From positions 4,629 to 68,628 of the forward strand of contig JAGXFQ010000009.1 of the NCBI GenBank assembly GCA_024637145.1: a stretch of 64,000 bases of DNA, in the 5' to 3' direction. The position numbers and the translations under genes are program-made. Of this stretch, positions 36,746 to 47,107 are shown piece after piece (position 1 is the stretch's first letter; every line of letters begins with the position of its first letter). The notes beneath the pieces were generated by a model that was not told the DNA's origin, searched no databases, and saw nothing but the letters and a program-made list of their open reading frames with translations. The stretch comes from Desulfobulbaceae bacterium (GTDB lineage: Bacteria; Desulfobacterota; Desulfobulbia; Desulfobulbales; SURF-16).

Positions 36746-38866
36746 CTACTGTTCAAGGACAAATTCGTAGATCAGACTCTGCTGCTTGTCCAGTATCTTC
36801 AAGAGTTCCTTGAGCTGGGCCAGGGTTTCCACCTCAAAACGGATCTCCCAGGCCGGTTTGTCACGGCTGGCCCGGCTGGCATAGGCCTGGAGTTTGGCAA
36901 CAATAATATCCTCGGGAATGGCGGCCAGGATTTTAAAAATGAGGCTGCGTTTCTGACCGGCCGGAATATCCAGGGTTTGCTGTTTTTCCAGGCGGGTCTT
37001 TTTCAGGTTCCAGCGCACTTCCATGATGTCTTCCCGCTGAACTTTCAGCTCCTTCATCCGGGAGCATTCCAGGCGATGCACGGAAAGCCCCCGTTCGCTG
37101 AGCAGCCCGTACAGCCTTTTTTCCGTGGGCAGGGGGTTGCAGCACCGGGAGAATTTCAGCCAGGCCGGATCAACACTGTCAAGCTCAATGGAGTTGAGGG
37201 TGCCGGTGGGGAGCATCAGGGTTTCTTTGTCCGCATAGAGACCGCTTTTTATTTCATAGAGGATTTCCCGCAGCCGTATTCCCCCTTGGCCCAGACGGGT
37301 GAGAAGTTCTTCTTTGTCGGCCACGCTAAAATATTCGAAGATGTCCGCCATGCCGGGATGGTCCAGGACCGAAGAGGGGATGCCGTAGCGCTTCAGTTCC
37401 TGGTGGAGGATCAGTTCCCCGGTCTCCTGGGCCAGCTTTTTGCGCCGGGCCCGAAAGGTGCGGGCCAGTTCAGCGCGGGCCCGGGGTGATTGGCAGAGCT
37501 CCTGGATATCCAGGTCGAAATTGACCGGCTCCTTCTGGGTGAGGATGGCCACCCTGTCGCCATCACGCAGCACATAGGCGGGATCCACCTCGTTCTGCCC
37601 CACCTGGGCGCCGATGCAGCGATGGCCGATTTCCGTATGTACCTTATAGGCAAAATCAAGAACCGTGGATTGCCTGGGCAGACAGATGCGGTCCCCTTTG
37701 GGGGTATAGGTGTAGATTTCGGTTTTGCCGCTGGCGGCAATCATGTCCGTATAGGAAAGATCGGCATTGCCCCCCATGATATTGAACATCTCGGCGATTT
37801 CTTTTTTGAAACGGGAGGGCACCGCCCGTTTGGCGTACCAGTCCCGAATAATGCCGAGCCTGGCCTGATCTACCATCTCCTGGGTGCGGATCTTGAAGAG
37901 ATAGTTCTGGCCCTTGATATTGGCCCGCACGTGGAGGGATTGATAGCCGGTGGGCTTGGGGTTGGCGATGAAATCGCGCATGGTGCGCGGGATGGGAGGG
38001 AAGGTCTGGTTGAGGATGCCCAGGGTACGGTAACAGGTCTGCTTGTCATCAACCACGATATAGATTTCCAGGGGGTTTTCAATGGCGGCAATCAGGCCGC
38101 CCTCCTGGGGGCGGTAATAGGCCCAGAGCCCTTTGGATTTGAGACGGATGGAGTTGCTGATCCAGGCCGCATCCAGTTCCTGCTTCAGGGTGTCGACAAT
38201 GCCGGCCTTCTCGGTCTGGCGTAATAAACGGCGGATGGTGACCATGATCCGTGGTCCCTGGCGCGGATATTTGTAGAGCAGGGCCAGGTTGTATAATTCC
38301 CTTTTCAGGCCAAAGGCCCCCAGCACACCGGCCATGGGGGCATAGACACCCAGGGTTTCGTCGGAGATCTTTTGGCGCTTATGTTTGGGCATCGACTCCA
38401 TGGTGCGCAGATTATGGAGGCGGTCGGCAAGTTTAACCAGCATCACCTCAAGATGGGCCACTGAGCCGGAAAAGAGTTTACGGTGCACCAGGTTGAGAAA
38501 GGTCTGCCTGTCCCCCTCGAAGTGGCTGATTTTGGTACACCCCTCGACAATGGCCTCCACCTTGGGCCCGAACAGCTCCCCCACTAATTCCACGGTCACT
38601 TCAGGGACATCCTCAACCGTGTCGTGGAGCATGGCGGCAGCCAGGGTTTCCTGGTCAGTGACCCCCAGTTCCCTGGCGAGGATCATGGCCACCATGCAGG
38701 GATGGCTGACATAGGCCTCCCCTGATTTGCGGCGCTGGTCCTGGTGGGCGTCCACGGCAAAGGAAAAGGCCTTCCAGAAGAGATGGGCCTGCGTGTTTTC
38801 CTGGCCCCCGATAAGGGCCTCCATCTCCCGGCTGTATGCTGCTATGTCAAATGATTGCTGGCCCAT
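36746..38866 (-). CDS. spoT: Bifunctional (p)ppGpp synthetase/hydrolase (RelA/SpoT family)
   Basis: HD domain ('HPCMVAMILA...LHDTVED'), synthetase domain ('GYQSLHV'), TGS and ACT-like C-terminal regions. Confidence 0.9.
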   Translation of the reverse strand: MGQQSFDIAAYSREMEALIGGQENTQAHLFWKAFSFAVDAHQDQRRKSGEAYVSHPCMVAMILARELGVTDQETLAAAMLHDTVEDVPEVTVELVGELFGPKVEAIVEGCTKISHFEGDRQTFLNLVHRKLFSGSVAHLEVMLVKLADRLHNLRTMESMPKHKRQKISDETLGVYAPMAGVLGAFGLKRELYNLALLYKYPRQGPRIMVTIRRLLRQTEKAGIVDTLKQELDAAWISNSIRLKSKGLWAYYRPQEGGLIAAIENPLEIYIVVDDKQTCYRTLGILNQTFPPIPRTMRDFIANPKPTGYQSLHVRANIKGQNYLFKIRTQEMVDQARLGIIRDWYAKRAVPSRFKKEIAEMFNIMGGNADLSYTDMIAASGKTEIYTYTPKGDRICLPRQSTVLDFAYKVHTEIGHRCIGAQVGQNEVDPAYVLRDGDRVAILTQKEPVNFDLDIQELCQSPRARAELARTFRARRKKLAQETGELILHQELKRYGIPSSVLDHPGMADIFEYFSVADKEELLTRLGQGGIRLREILYEIKSGLYADKETLMLPTGTLNSIELDSVDPAWLKFSRCCNPLPTEKRLYGLLSERGLSVHRLECSRMKELKVQREDIMEVRWNLKKTRLEKQQTLDIPAGQKRSLIFKILAAIPEDIIVAKLQAYASRASRDKPAWEIRFEVETLAQLKELLKILDKQQSLIYEFVLEQ

Positions 38867-39139
38867 GCGCTCCCCAAGAATTTACGTACAATCTTTTATC
38901 TTACACAACTGTTTGCTTTTGACAACAGCTTGTTGGTTCCTGACCCCAGGCAGGTGTTAAGTTGATGGAAAAGATAAGTTTTTTAGAAAAAGCGAGCCCC
39001 GGGGCGTTCCCTGGATTATTTTGATTTGCTGACAATTTCATGTAAGATAACCATAAACAGGGCGCAGCATATCTGGCGCCTGTAAATAATTTCTGACATT
39101 GCCGGGCAAAAGGCGATGTTTGACCAAAAGGGGAAGTCC

Positions 39140-41332
39140 ATGGCCCGTCGCAACAAAATAGAAAAGAGCAAAGGCAAAAAAGCGCACCGTCATCAAAGGC
39201 CCCAGCCCGGGCGGCGAGCCAGTGAACCCGTTATGGACGTGGAACCGGACAGGATTGCCGCTGCCATTTATCACCGGGACGGGGTGGCTACCGGCAAAGA
39301 GATCGAAAAAGACCTTGACTGGCCCCGGTCTGCCCGCCGGGATCTTCATCTCCTCCTGGACTCCCTGGTCAAGCAGCGGGTCCTGGTTGATCTGGGCGAC
39401 ACATCCTACGGTCTCAATGCCAAGGACTTTTTCCAGGGCACCCTGGTGGTGAACCCCAAGGGCTTTGGCTTTGTTACCCCCACCGCGGTTGACCGCCAAA
39501 AGGATGAGAAGGATATTTTCGTGCCGGCCCGCTTCCTGGGCACGGCCGCCCATGGCGATACGGTTCTTCTCCAGCAGGTGGGGGCGGCGCGTGGTCGGAC
39601 AGAGGGGCGGGTGGTTGCCGTGCTCAAACGGGGACTCGACCGCCTGGTGGGTATCTTTGTTGATGGCGTTGTTACCCCTGATGACAGTCGGTTGCTGCTG
39701 ACGGTGAAGATCGATGCCGCTGCAGGCCTTGTTCCCCAAAATGGCGATGCCGTGATGGTTGCCCTGGATGAGTTCCGGGCGGAAAGCCGTGTCGCCACCG
39801 GCCGGATAACGGAGATCCTGGGCGATCCCGGCTCCGCCAAGGTGCAGATGGAGATGGTTATCCGTAATTTTGAGCTGCCCCTGGAGTTTCCCGAAGAGGT
39901 GCTGGCACAGGTTGCCAATATAAGCGCCACCGTTGAGATGGAGGAGGGTCGGGAGGATCTGCGCGACATCTTCCATGTCACCATTGATGACGAGACTGCC
40001 CGCGATTTTGACGATGCCGTCATGGTGGAACAAGGCACAAAGGGCTTCCGCCTTTACGTTTCCATCGCCGATGTCAGCCATTATGTGGAGAAGGACAGCC
40101 CTCTGGATAAGGAAGCCTACCAGCGGGGCACCAGTGTCTATTTCCCCACCGGGGTCCTGCCCATGCTGCCGGAGCGCCTCTCCAACGGCCTGTGCAGCCT
40201 CAATCCTGACGAGGACCGCTACGCCTTTACCGCCATTCTCGATTTTGATGATACCGGCAAGAGGGTGAAGAGTCGTTTCTGCCGTTCCGTGATCAAGAGT
40301 CGATTCCGCCTCACCTATAACCGGGTCTGGGAGATTATCCAGGGCAATCTCGGCCAAGAAGGGGACAGGGAACTGCAAGGGCCGGTGGCTGTCATGGCCC
40401 AGCTCGGCACCTTGCTCACCAAGAGACGGATGGGCCGGGGAGCCATCGGCTTTGAGCTGCCCGAGGTGGGGATTGTGGTGGGTGAGGATGAGCGGGTTGA
40501 AGCCCTCATGAAAAGGGAGCGCAATCAGGCCCACAAGATCATCGAAGAATTCATGCTGGCCGCCAATGAGGCCGTGGCCGAGACCATGGCCCGGGAAGAG
40601 GTGGAGATCCTTTACCGGATCCATGAGGTTCCTGATCCCGTCAAGGTGGAGGAGTTCGCTGAATTTGCCCACTCCTTTCTGGCCCCCCTTCCCAAGGCGA
40701 CCAATTCGCCGCAATGGTTTAATGCGGTGCTGGCCAAGGCCGTGGGCACCCCCAAGGAATATATGGTCAACAACCTCTTGCTCAGGGTGATGAAACAGGC
40801 CTGCTACAGTCCGGAGAATGTCGGCCATTTCGGCCTGGCCGCCTCCTATTATTGCCATTTCACCTCCCCTATCCGTCGCTATCCGGATCTGCAGGTGCAC
40901 CGGGCCCTGGCCGGCTGGCTGGCCGGCACCCGGCCCTCTGCCAAGGCTAAGGCCAAACTGCTGGAGGCCGGCGAGTTCCTCTCCAAGAGGGAGCGGGTTG
41001 CCGTGGATGCGGAGCGGCAGATGGTCAACAGGCTCAAGGTCCAATATATGGCCAACCATATAGACAGCGTCTTTCCCGGCATCATCTCCGGGGTCACGGA
41101 CTGGGGTCTTTTTATCGAGCTTGATGATCTCATGGTCAGTGGCGCCATAACCCTCGGCGATCTTCAGGATGATTATTATGTGCTGGAAGAGAAGATGCAC
41201 CGCCTGGTGGGGAAACGATCCGGCAAACGGTATCAGCTCGGCGATCTGGTTCTGGTGCGGGTGGTCAGTGTTGATCTGCTGGCCTATCGGATTAATTTTG
41301 CTATGGAAGAGGATCTCTCTGCCCAGGTTTAA
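39140..41332 (+). CDS. rnr: Ribonuclease R
   Basis: Basic N-terminus, cold-shock/OB domains, RNB core ('IDDETARDFDDAV', 'YFPTGVLPMLPERLSNGLCSLNP', 'HFGLAASYYCHFTSPIRRYPDLQVHR') and a C-terminal S1 domain. ATG 39140 follows RBS 'aaggggaag'; the track start 39116 is possible. Confidence 0.93.
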   Translation: MARRNKIEKSKGKKAHRHQRPQPGRRASEPVMDVEPDRIAAAIYHRDGVATGKEIEKDLDWPRSARRDLHLLLDSLVKQRVLVDLGDTSYGLNAKDFFQGTLVVNPKGFGFVTPTAVDRQKDEKDIFVPARFLGTAAHGDTVLLQQVGAARGRTEGRVVAVLKRGLDRLVGIFVDGVVTPDDSRLLLTVKIDAAAGLVPQNGDAVMVALDEFRAESRVATGRITEILGDPGSAKVQMEMVIRNFELPLEFPEEVLAQVANISATVEMEEGREDLRDIFHVTIDDETARDFDDAVMVEQGTKGFRLYVSIADVSHYVEKDSPLDKEAYQRGTSVYFPTGVLPMLPERLSNGLCSLNPDEDRYAFTAILDFDDTGKRVKSRFCRSVIKSRFRLTYNRVWEIIQGNLGQEGDRELQGPVAVMAQLGTLLTKRRMGRGAIGFELPEVGIVVGEDERVEALMKRERNQAHKIIEEFMLAANEAVAETMAREEVEILYRIHEVPDPVKVEEFAEFAHSFLAPLPKATNSPQWFNAVLAKAVGTPKEYMVNNLLLRVMKQACYSPENVGHFGLAASYYCHFTSPIRRYPDLQVHRALAGWLAGTRPSAKAKAKLLEAGEFLSKRERVAVDAERQMVNRLKVQYMANHIDSVFPGIISGVTDWGLFIELDDLMVSGAITLGDLQDDYYVLEEKMHRLVGKRSGKRYQLGDLVLVRVVSVDLLAYRINFAMEEDLSAQV

Positions 41333-41450
41333 CGGCAAAAAGATATTGTGCAGGGCGAAGAGATGGTGTGGTGTTGCCATCTCTTTTTTTTTAAAAAAAC
41401 AAAGGGAAATTGTGGGCGTTCATCAAAAATTAGAGAGCGTTAAAGAGCAG

Positions 41451-42185
41451 ATGGCCAACGTCAGGGTGGTGCTGGTGCGCCCCAAGTATGGCGAAAACGT
41501 CGGCGGGGCGGCCCGGGTGGCCTATAATATGGGGATCAGCCGTCTGGTGGTGGTGGCCGCTGAGCTGCCGGAGCAGGGGGCCATGACAAAAATGGCCACC
41601 CACCATGCCCGGGATCTCATTACCAATCTCCAGCTGGCCCCCACCCTGGCCCAGGCCGTGGCTGACTGCGCCTGGGTGGTGGGGACCACGGCCCGCCAGG
41701 GCAAGCACCGGTTTTTTCTGGAAAACCCGGCCAAGATGGTTGAGCACCTCCTGCCCAAGCTGAGGCATAACCAGGTGGCCTTGGTCTTTGGCCCTGAGGA
41801 TTGCGGCCTTAGTAATGCCGAGCTTGAGCTCTGCAATGCCACGGTGACCATCCCCACGGCGGATTTTTCCTCCCTTAATCTGGCCCAGGCAGTGGGGGTT
41901 ATCTGTTATGAGCTCTTTGGCGCCCTGATGGCCCCCAAAGCGGGCCCGGCTGCGGCACCGGCCCTTGCCTCTTCCCGGGTAGTGGCTGCCATGTATGATG
42001 ATCTGGAAAAGGCCCTGGTGGCCATAGGCTATGTGCGGGAAGCTGACCTGGGCTACTGGCGCCATAATTTCAGCCATTTTTTTAACCGCATCGGTCTGCG
42101 CTCCCGGGAGGTACGGTTTGTCAAAGGCCTGTGTCAGCAGATCCAATGGCTGGCCCAGGGCAGGCCCACCCGCAAGAGGGAGTAG
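41451..42185 (+). CDS. SpoU/TrmH-family RNA 2'-O-methyltransferase (TrmJ-like)
   Basis: 'VRVVLVRPKYGENVGGAARVAYNMG', 'FGPEDCGLSN' and 'IPTADFSSLNLAQAV' are SpoU motifs. The track ORF from 41169 overlaps the rnr 3' end and is not credible upstream of 41412/41451. Confidence 0.85.
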   Translation: MANVRVVLVRPKYGENVGGAARVAYNMGISRLVVVAAELPEQGAMTKMATHHARDLITNLQLAPTLAQAVADCAWVVGTTARQGKHRFFLENPAKMVEHLLPKLRHNQVALVFGPEDCGLSNAELELCNATVTIPTADFSSLNLAQAVGVICYELFGALMAPKAGPAAAPALASSRVVAAMYDDLEKALVAIGYVREADLGYWRHNFSHFFNRIGLRSREVRFVKGLCQQIQWLAQGRPTRKRE

Positions 42186-42230
42186 GGGGCGCGGCTTGCC
42201 CTTTTGCCGCCGGCTTGACACCCGGAGCCG

Positions 42231-42274
42231 CTCTGCTTGGCCTGGGGGCAATTCCAGGCCAAGCAGAGTTTTTT
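42231..42274 (+). terminator. Intrinsic terminator after the TrmJ-like gene
   Basis: CTCTGCTTGGCCTGG / CCAGGCCAAGCAGAG 15-bp perfect stem followed by T6. Confidence 0.85.
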
Positions 42275-42361
42275 CTGGGCCCAGGAGCTGGGGGCTATAA
42301 AAAAGGTTGAGGAAAAAGAGAAAAGTTCCTAACATGGCGAAGATTTTCAGCTTTTCATGTA

Positions 42362-44521
42362 ATGCCTGTCCGCCTTGGCAGACAGGGGACGTATTCTTTT
42401 TATCCCGGAACACCCATGCCTTTTCACGGAGAGATCTCTACGTTTTTCCCGCCGGACCTCCTTGAGTATCTGGCCTCATTCGATAAAGACGGCGTCTTGA
42501 CCGTCAAAGAACCAGAGCCGCTGCTGATCACCCTGAAAGATGGGTGTGTGGTGGATGCCTTTTCCGCCAAAGCTGATGCCAAACTGTTGCGGACCCTCTA
42601 CTTCCGCCACCATATCAGCAAGGAGCAGTATCAATATATTGCCAAGGCCCGTTCGGAAACGTCGCTTTCCATCCGCCAGATTTTAAGCAAACTCAAGCTC
42701 TTTCCCCTATCTGCCATCCAGGCTGAGCTGATCATGGCCCTGGAGGAGGTTGTCTTCCAGTTCTTCCTCCTCAAATCAGGGGGCTTTGCCTTTAATGAGA
42801 CAGTGGTTGGTGCGGATCATGCCGGCCTCAAGCTCTACCCTGTTGATTTGCTCTACCAACTTGCCGGTCGGGTGGATGAGTGGCATGAATTGCAAGCCAA
42901 CCTGGGCGCTATGACCCAGGTTGTAGCCCTTACCGAGGTGGGGAAGCAGGCGGAACCGGCCAATAAGAGTGAAGATATTATCTACCGGATGATCAGGGGG
43001 CAGACTTCCATTGCCAAGATCATGGAGCAGGCCCCCCTGCCCCGATTTTTCGCCCTCAAATTTATCGCCAACGGCGTTCGCAAGAGCTGGTTTTCCTTGA
43101 CAATTGGTCTGGAGAAGACGGCGCCTGTTGCAAAAAACAACAGGGCTGGCCGGGAGGATCTTTTTCTCGATTTCAAGCGCTGCTTCAAAGAGGTTTTGCA
43201 GGCCCAGGGCATGCGGCGCAAGGTGGAGCATACCCTGCTTTTTTGTAAAAATTATTTTGATGTTACCCTGATGCTGTCGGTGAAAAAGGGCACCTTGGTG
43301 CGCTGCCTGGCCTTTCGCAGGGATGCAACGGGGCGTCTGCTCACTGAGGTGATTGCGCAACAGCCTGCCATCCTTAGCGATCAGATTCTGGTCACGGCCT
43401 GTGAAAAGGGCAGGGCCTTTTTTGGTAAGGTCTATGAGAGTCCTTTTTTTAACACCCTTATTGATATCCCCCTGGCCGGGGAGTGCGGTCTGATCCCCAT
43501 TGAGGTCTCTCCTGACAGTGCCAAACTTGTTTTTGCCGTCAGCAGTCAGGTGGTGGGGGAGGGGATGAGTCCCCTCCATTTCCTTGATCTTCTCTCCTGG
43601 CTTATCGCCCCGGCCCAGGCGGCCAAAATAAGTTGTGACACCGAGCTGGCCATGCCGGCCACTCTTGGCCAGGACAAGGCCAGCCAGCTTATTGCCCTCA
43701 CCGAGCAACTGCCGCCTCTGCCCCATGTGGTGGGGCAGGCCCTGAAGATAATCGCTGATCCGGAAAGTTCTCTGGAAAAGCTTGCCGTGATCTTGGCCCA
43801 GGACCAGTCCCTGCTGGCCATGATTATCAGGGTGAGTAACTCCGCCCTCTACAGTACCGGGCAGGCGGTGAGCTCCCTGCAAACCGCCATCACCAAACTG
43901 GGGATCAATACGGTGCGCAGTCTGGTGCTTACTGCCTCCACCCAATCGGTTTTCCCCTGGGATGATGCCCAGATAGGCCGTTTCGGCAAGGCGCTGTGGG
44001 GCCATGCCAAGGAATGCGGTCTGGCGGCCCGCCGGGTGGCGCAGAACATCGGCTATCCTGATCCGGAAGAGGCCTTTGTCGGTGGTCTCCTCCATGATAT
44101 CGGCCGGCTCGCTATTCTCATGGGCCATGCTGTGGAGTTTGCGGAAATAGACCGGCGCAACGCCGCCGGCCAACAGGGGCTTGTGCCGGCAGAGCAGGAG
44201 CTTCTGGGATTTGATCATACGGTTATCGGTCACATGCTGGCGCAGAAATGGCACATGCCGTCGACCTTGTTGGCCTGCGTTGAACAGCATCATCGGCCGC
44301 AGGAGGCCACGGACAGCTTTCGGACCCTGGCCAATATCATTGCCCTGGCCGATTATCTCACGAGCCAGGTGGGTAAGGCTGCCGAGTTCAGGAGGCTTGA
44401 TGAGTGGCACGATATCACGGGGGTGCAGGCCGAGCTTGGCCTGGCTGAGGCCGATCTTGCGAAGCTCAAGAGACAGCTGCACGAAGATTTCCGCCAGACC
44501 CATATTTTTGATATCGTCTGA
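42362..44521 (+). CDS. HDOD-domain signalling protein with a DUF4388-like N-terminus
   Basis: N-terminal 'GEISTFFPPDLLEYLASFDKDGVLTV' (DUF4388/PATAN-type). C-terminal HDOD ('LPPLPHVVGQALKIIADPESSLEKLAVILAQDQSLLAMIIRVSNSALY', 'GGLLHDIGRL'). The start may instead be ATG 42416. Confidence 0.75.
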   Translation: MPVRLGRQGTYSFYPGTPMPFHGEISTFFPPDLLEYLASFDKDGVLTVKEPEPLLITLKDGCVVDAFSAKADAKLLRTLYFRHHISKEQYQYIAKARSETSLSIRQILSKLKLFPLSAIQAELIMALEEVVFQFFLLKSGGFAFNETVVGADHAGLKLYPVDLLYQLAGRVDEWHELQANLGAMTQVVALTEVGKQAEPANKSEDIIYRMIRGQTSIAKIMEQAPLPRFFALKFIANGVRKSWFSLTIGLEKTAPVAKNNRAGREDLFLDFKRCFKEVLQAQGMRRKVEHTLLFCKNYFDVTLMLSVKKGTLVRCLAFRRDATGRLLTEVIAQQPAILSDQILVTACEKGRAFFGKVYESPFFNTLIDIPLAGECGLIPIEVSPDSAKLVFAVSSQVVGEGMSPLHFLDLLSWLIAPAQAAKISCDTELAMPATLGQDKASQLIALTEQLPPLPHVVGQALKIIADPESSLEKLAVILAQDQSLLAMIIRVSNSALYSTGQAVSSLQTAITKLGINTVRSLVLTASTQSVFPWDDAQIGRFGKALWGHAKECGLAARRVAQNIGYPDPEEAFVGGLLHDIGRLAILMGHAVEFAEIDRRNAAGQQGLVPAEQELLGFDHTVIGHMLAQKWHMPSTLLACVEQHHRPQEATDSFRTLANIIALADYLTSQVGKAAEFRRLDEWHDITGVQAELGLAEADLAKLKRQLHEDFRQTHIFDIV

Positions 44522-44648
44522 AAGAGAGCTCTTTTGCTGGCCTGGCTCCCCCATTCTCCCTTTTTTTCTCTTACCCGGTGCCTCTCTTGTTTGCCTGGCC
44601 GCGGATTCATGCTAGGTTGCCATCAATAAAAAGAGAGGGACACGTATT

Positions 44649-45287
44649 ATGGATAGCCATTCCCAGGAACAAAAGAGCCGGTCACTGTGGCGCCAAGAGA
44701 TACTGGCTCGTCGTGACCAGATGGCCGCGCCGCAGCGGCAGGAAAAGAGTCTGGCCCTGGCGGCACGGCTGGAGGCCCTGGCCTGTTTCAGGCAGGCCAG
44801 GGCCATGCTCTTTTATGTCAGCTTCCGCAGTGAAGTCGAGACCCGCTTTCTCATGCGCCAGGCCCTGGCCCGGGGCATAACGGTGGCGGCCCCTCTCACC
44901 CGGATCCGGGATAAGGAGCTGCAGATTTTTGCCATCACCGATCTTGACCATGATCTTGTCCCTGGCTATCAGGGCATCAGGGAGCCTGATCCTAACCGGT
45001 GTCGTCCCCTGGAGCCCGCTGCCCTTGAACTGGTTATTGTGCCCGGCTCCCTCTTTGATCGGCACGGCGGCCGCATGGGCTATGGCGGTGGTTATTATGA
45101 CCGTTTTCTGGCCAAGAGGGCGCCCCAGGCCATCAGGGTGGGCCTCTGTTTTGAGCGGCAGCTGGTGGCAGAAGTGCCCATGGCAGCCCATGATCAATAC
45201 CTTGATTATGTGGTGACAGAAGCGCAGGTTGTCGAAACAGGGCGGCGCTTTTCATTGCCGGCCCAGGCCCTCCCGGGCCGGCCATAA
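44649..45287 (+). CDS. 5-formyltetrahydrofolate cyclo-ligase
   Basis: 'LFYVSFRSEVET' and 'VPGSLFDRHGGRMGYGGGYYDRFL' are signature motifs. Confidence 0.9.
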   Translation: MDSHSQEQKSRSLWRQEILARRDQMAAPQRQEKSLALAARLEALACFRQARAMLFYVSFRSEVETRFLMRQALARGITVAAPLTRIRDKELQIFAITDLDHDLVPGYQGIREPDPNRCRPLEPAALELVIVPGSLFDRHGGRMGYGGGYYDRFLAKRAPQAIRVGLCFERQLVAEVPMAAHDQYLDYVVTEAQVVETGRRFSLPAQALPGRP

Positions 45288-45378
45288 AAAGTTGCCAGGT
45301 TAACTTTTGGGAAGGTCATAGGCGCTTTAGCCTATGTAGAGTTGTTGAGAAGAAAATAAAAAAGAAGAGGAACCTCCT

Positions 45379-46422
45379 GTGTCTACAGCAATTTTTCGAG
45401 ATGATCTCTATCTCCTGCATGACCCGGGCTTTGATCATGTGGAGCGTCCTGAGCGTTTGCAGGTGGTCTATACTCAGCTTGATAATCCGGACATTGCCAG
45501 GCAGTTTCTCTTTCCCAAGGCTCAACCCGCCCCCTTTGAGATCTTGCATCTCAATCACAGCAAGGCCCATATCGAATGTGTCGCCCAGACCGCCGGCCGC
45601 ACCTTTGATGCCCTGGATGCGGATACCGTGACCTCGGCCAAATCCTATGATGCCGCCTGTCTGGCCGTGGGTGCCGTGGTGGAGGGCACCCGCCTGGTGG
45701 TGACCGGCGAGGTGGATAATTGTTTCGCCCTGGTACGGCCCCCCGGCCACCATGCCGAGCCTGATGGCGCCATGGGCTTCTGCCTCTTTAATAATGTGGC
45801 CATTGCCGCCCATTACGCCGTGGAGCGGCTGGGGCTCAAGCGGGTGATGATCATTGACTGGGATCTCCATCACGGCAACGGGACCCAGCGCTCTTTTGTT
45901 GATACCGACCAGGTCCTCTATTTTTCCACCCACCAGTATCCCTATTATCCGGGGACAGGGGGGCTTGAGGAAAGGGGCCAGGGGCGGGGGGAGGGCTATA
46001 CGGTTAATGTTCCCCTGCCTGCCGGTCTGGGCGATGAGCACTATGCTCGTATTTTCAACGATATACTAGCACCCATAGTGCGCCAGTACCGGCCTGAGCT
46101 CATCTTGGTCTCAGCCGGCTATGATACTGCCCATAATGATCCCCTGGGCGGCATGCATATTACGGCGGACGGCTTTGCCTATATGACCAGGAAGGTGGTG
46201 GAACTGGCAGGCGAGGTGTGTGATGGCCGCCTGCTCCTTACTCTGGAAGGGGGCTATAACCTGGAAAGCCTGGTGAACGGGGTGTTGGTGGGGCTGGTTG
46301 AGCTGCTGGGCAACACCTCCCTGTCGCCGGAGACCCTGGCCAAACTGAGCAGCACCCAGATTCCCTTTGTCGCCTTTGATGCCGCTTTGGCCGGGGCGGC
46401 GCGGAAATGGCGTTTTCCCTAA
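45379..46422 (+). CDS. Histone deacetylase-family (arginase-fold) deacetylase
   Basis: '[10 protein letters not shown]', '[12 protein letters not shown]' and 'LEGGYN'. GTG start after RBS 'gagga'. Confidence 0.9.
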   Translation: MSTAIFRDDLYLLHDPGFDHVERPERLQVVYTQLDNPDIARQFLFPKAQPAPFEILHLNHSKAHIECVAQTAGRTFDALDADTVTSAKSYDAACLAVGAVVEGTRLVVTGEVDNCFALVRPPGHHAEPDGAMGFCLFNNVAIAAHYAVERLGLKRVMIIDWDLHHGNGTQRSFVDTDQVLYFSTHQYPYYPGTGGLEERGQGRGEGYTVNVPLPAGLGDEHYARIFNDILAPIVRQYRPELILVSAGYDTAHNDPLGGMHITADGFAYMTRKVVELAGEVCDGRLLLTLEGGYNLESLVNGVLVGLVELLGNTSLSPETLAKLSSTQIPFVAFDAALAGAARKWRFP

Positions 46423-46546
46423 AAGCCCCCTTGAACTTCACCTGTGGCCGGGGTACACTGGTTCGTTTTTTGTGGTCGCAGGCAGCTCTTTTTCAGCAAT
46501 GATCCGGAGTGGCTTGCGGTGGGCCCAAACAGATCTTCAACCATAG

Positions 46547-46686
46547 CAGCCCGTTGAAAAACTACTGCGCTTGCTGATGCGGCGTCAAAATTCGGCTCAA
46601 AATGCTCATTTACCACCTGTAAACTGCGCTTTTTCGCCTCATTTTTCCTTGCCTCAGCTGCGTTCGTTACCTTTTTCAACGGGCTG
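46547..46686. repeat. Intergenic stem-loop element with 15-bp perfect terminal stem
   Basis: CAGCCCGTTGAAAAA (46547-46561) pairs with TTTTTCAACGGGCTG (46672-46686) and encloses about 110 nt. Confidence 0.7.
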
Positions 46687-46699
46687 ATAGAGACGCGAT

Positions 46700-46984
46700 A
46701 TGACTATTTCCCAAAAAGAGGTGCTGAAGGTGGCGAATCTGGCCCGGCTCCAACTTTCTCCGCAGGAGGCCGAGCAGATGACAGATCAGCTCGCCACCAT
46801 TCTCGGTTATGTGGCCAAGCTGGATGAGATCGACTGCCGTGCTATTGCCCCCACCACCCATGTGCTGGCCATTGAAAACGCCTTCCGTGCTGATGCAATG
46901 CAACCTTCTCTTTCCCAGGCCGAGGCCCTGGGCAACGGTCCTCTCCAAAACGGCGAGGCCTTTGTGGTGCCCCGGATCATCTGA
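46700..46984 (+). CDS. gatC: Asp/Glu-tRNA amidotransferase subunit C
   Basis: 'VAKLARLQLSPQEAEQMTDQL..IL.YV..L'-type sequence, 94 aa, upstream of gatA. Confidence 0.9.
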   Translation: MTISQKEVLKVANLARLQLSPQEAEQMTDQLATILGYVAKLDEIDCRAIAPTTHVLAIENAFRADAMQPSLSQAEALGNGPLQNGEAFVVPRII

Positions 46985-47107
46985 CCTGCCCTTGCTGGGG
47001 CGGCCATATACTTTTACCATCAAGAAACAAGAAGGAGAGGCCCAAAAAAGGCCCTGCCCCCTCTTGCTGGGTGGTTTAAAAAAAAAGAACTCGTGTAGAT
47101 ACTTGCC

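Noticed and set aside
39038-41380. 780-aa stop-free ORF on the minus strand, longer than rnr itself.
   Set aside because: It is exactly antisense to the strongly recognisable RNase R gene. The translation is low-complexity (G/H/L/P/A-rich) with no motifs. This is typical frame-shadow behaviour in GC-rich coding DNA.
41169-41450. N-terminal extension of the TrmJ-like ORF (track start 41169).
   Set aside because: It overlaps the last 164 nt of rnr in another frame. The family-typical N-terminus (VRVVLVRPKYGENVGG) begins just after ATG 41451.
42880-42896. TGGCAT-N4-TGCA sigma-54-like motif. Similar TGGCAC occurrences are at about 7654 and about 18752.
   Set aside because: The GG-to-GC spacing is wrong (10 rather than 12), and all occurrences lie inside coding sequence.
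42776-44554. 592-aa minus-strand ORF.
   Set aside because: It is antisense to the HDOD-domain gene, whose HDOD motifs are clear. The composition is that of a shadow ORF.
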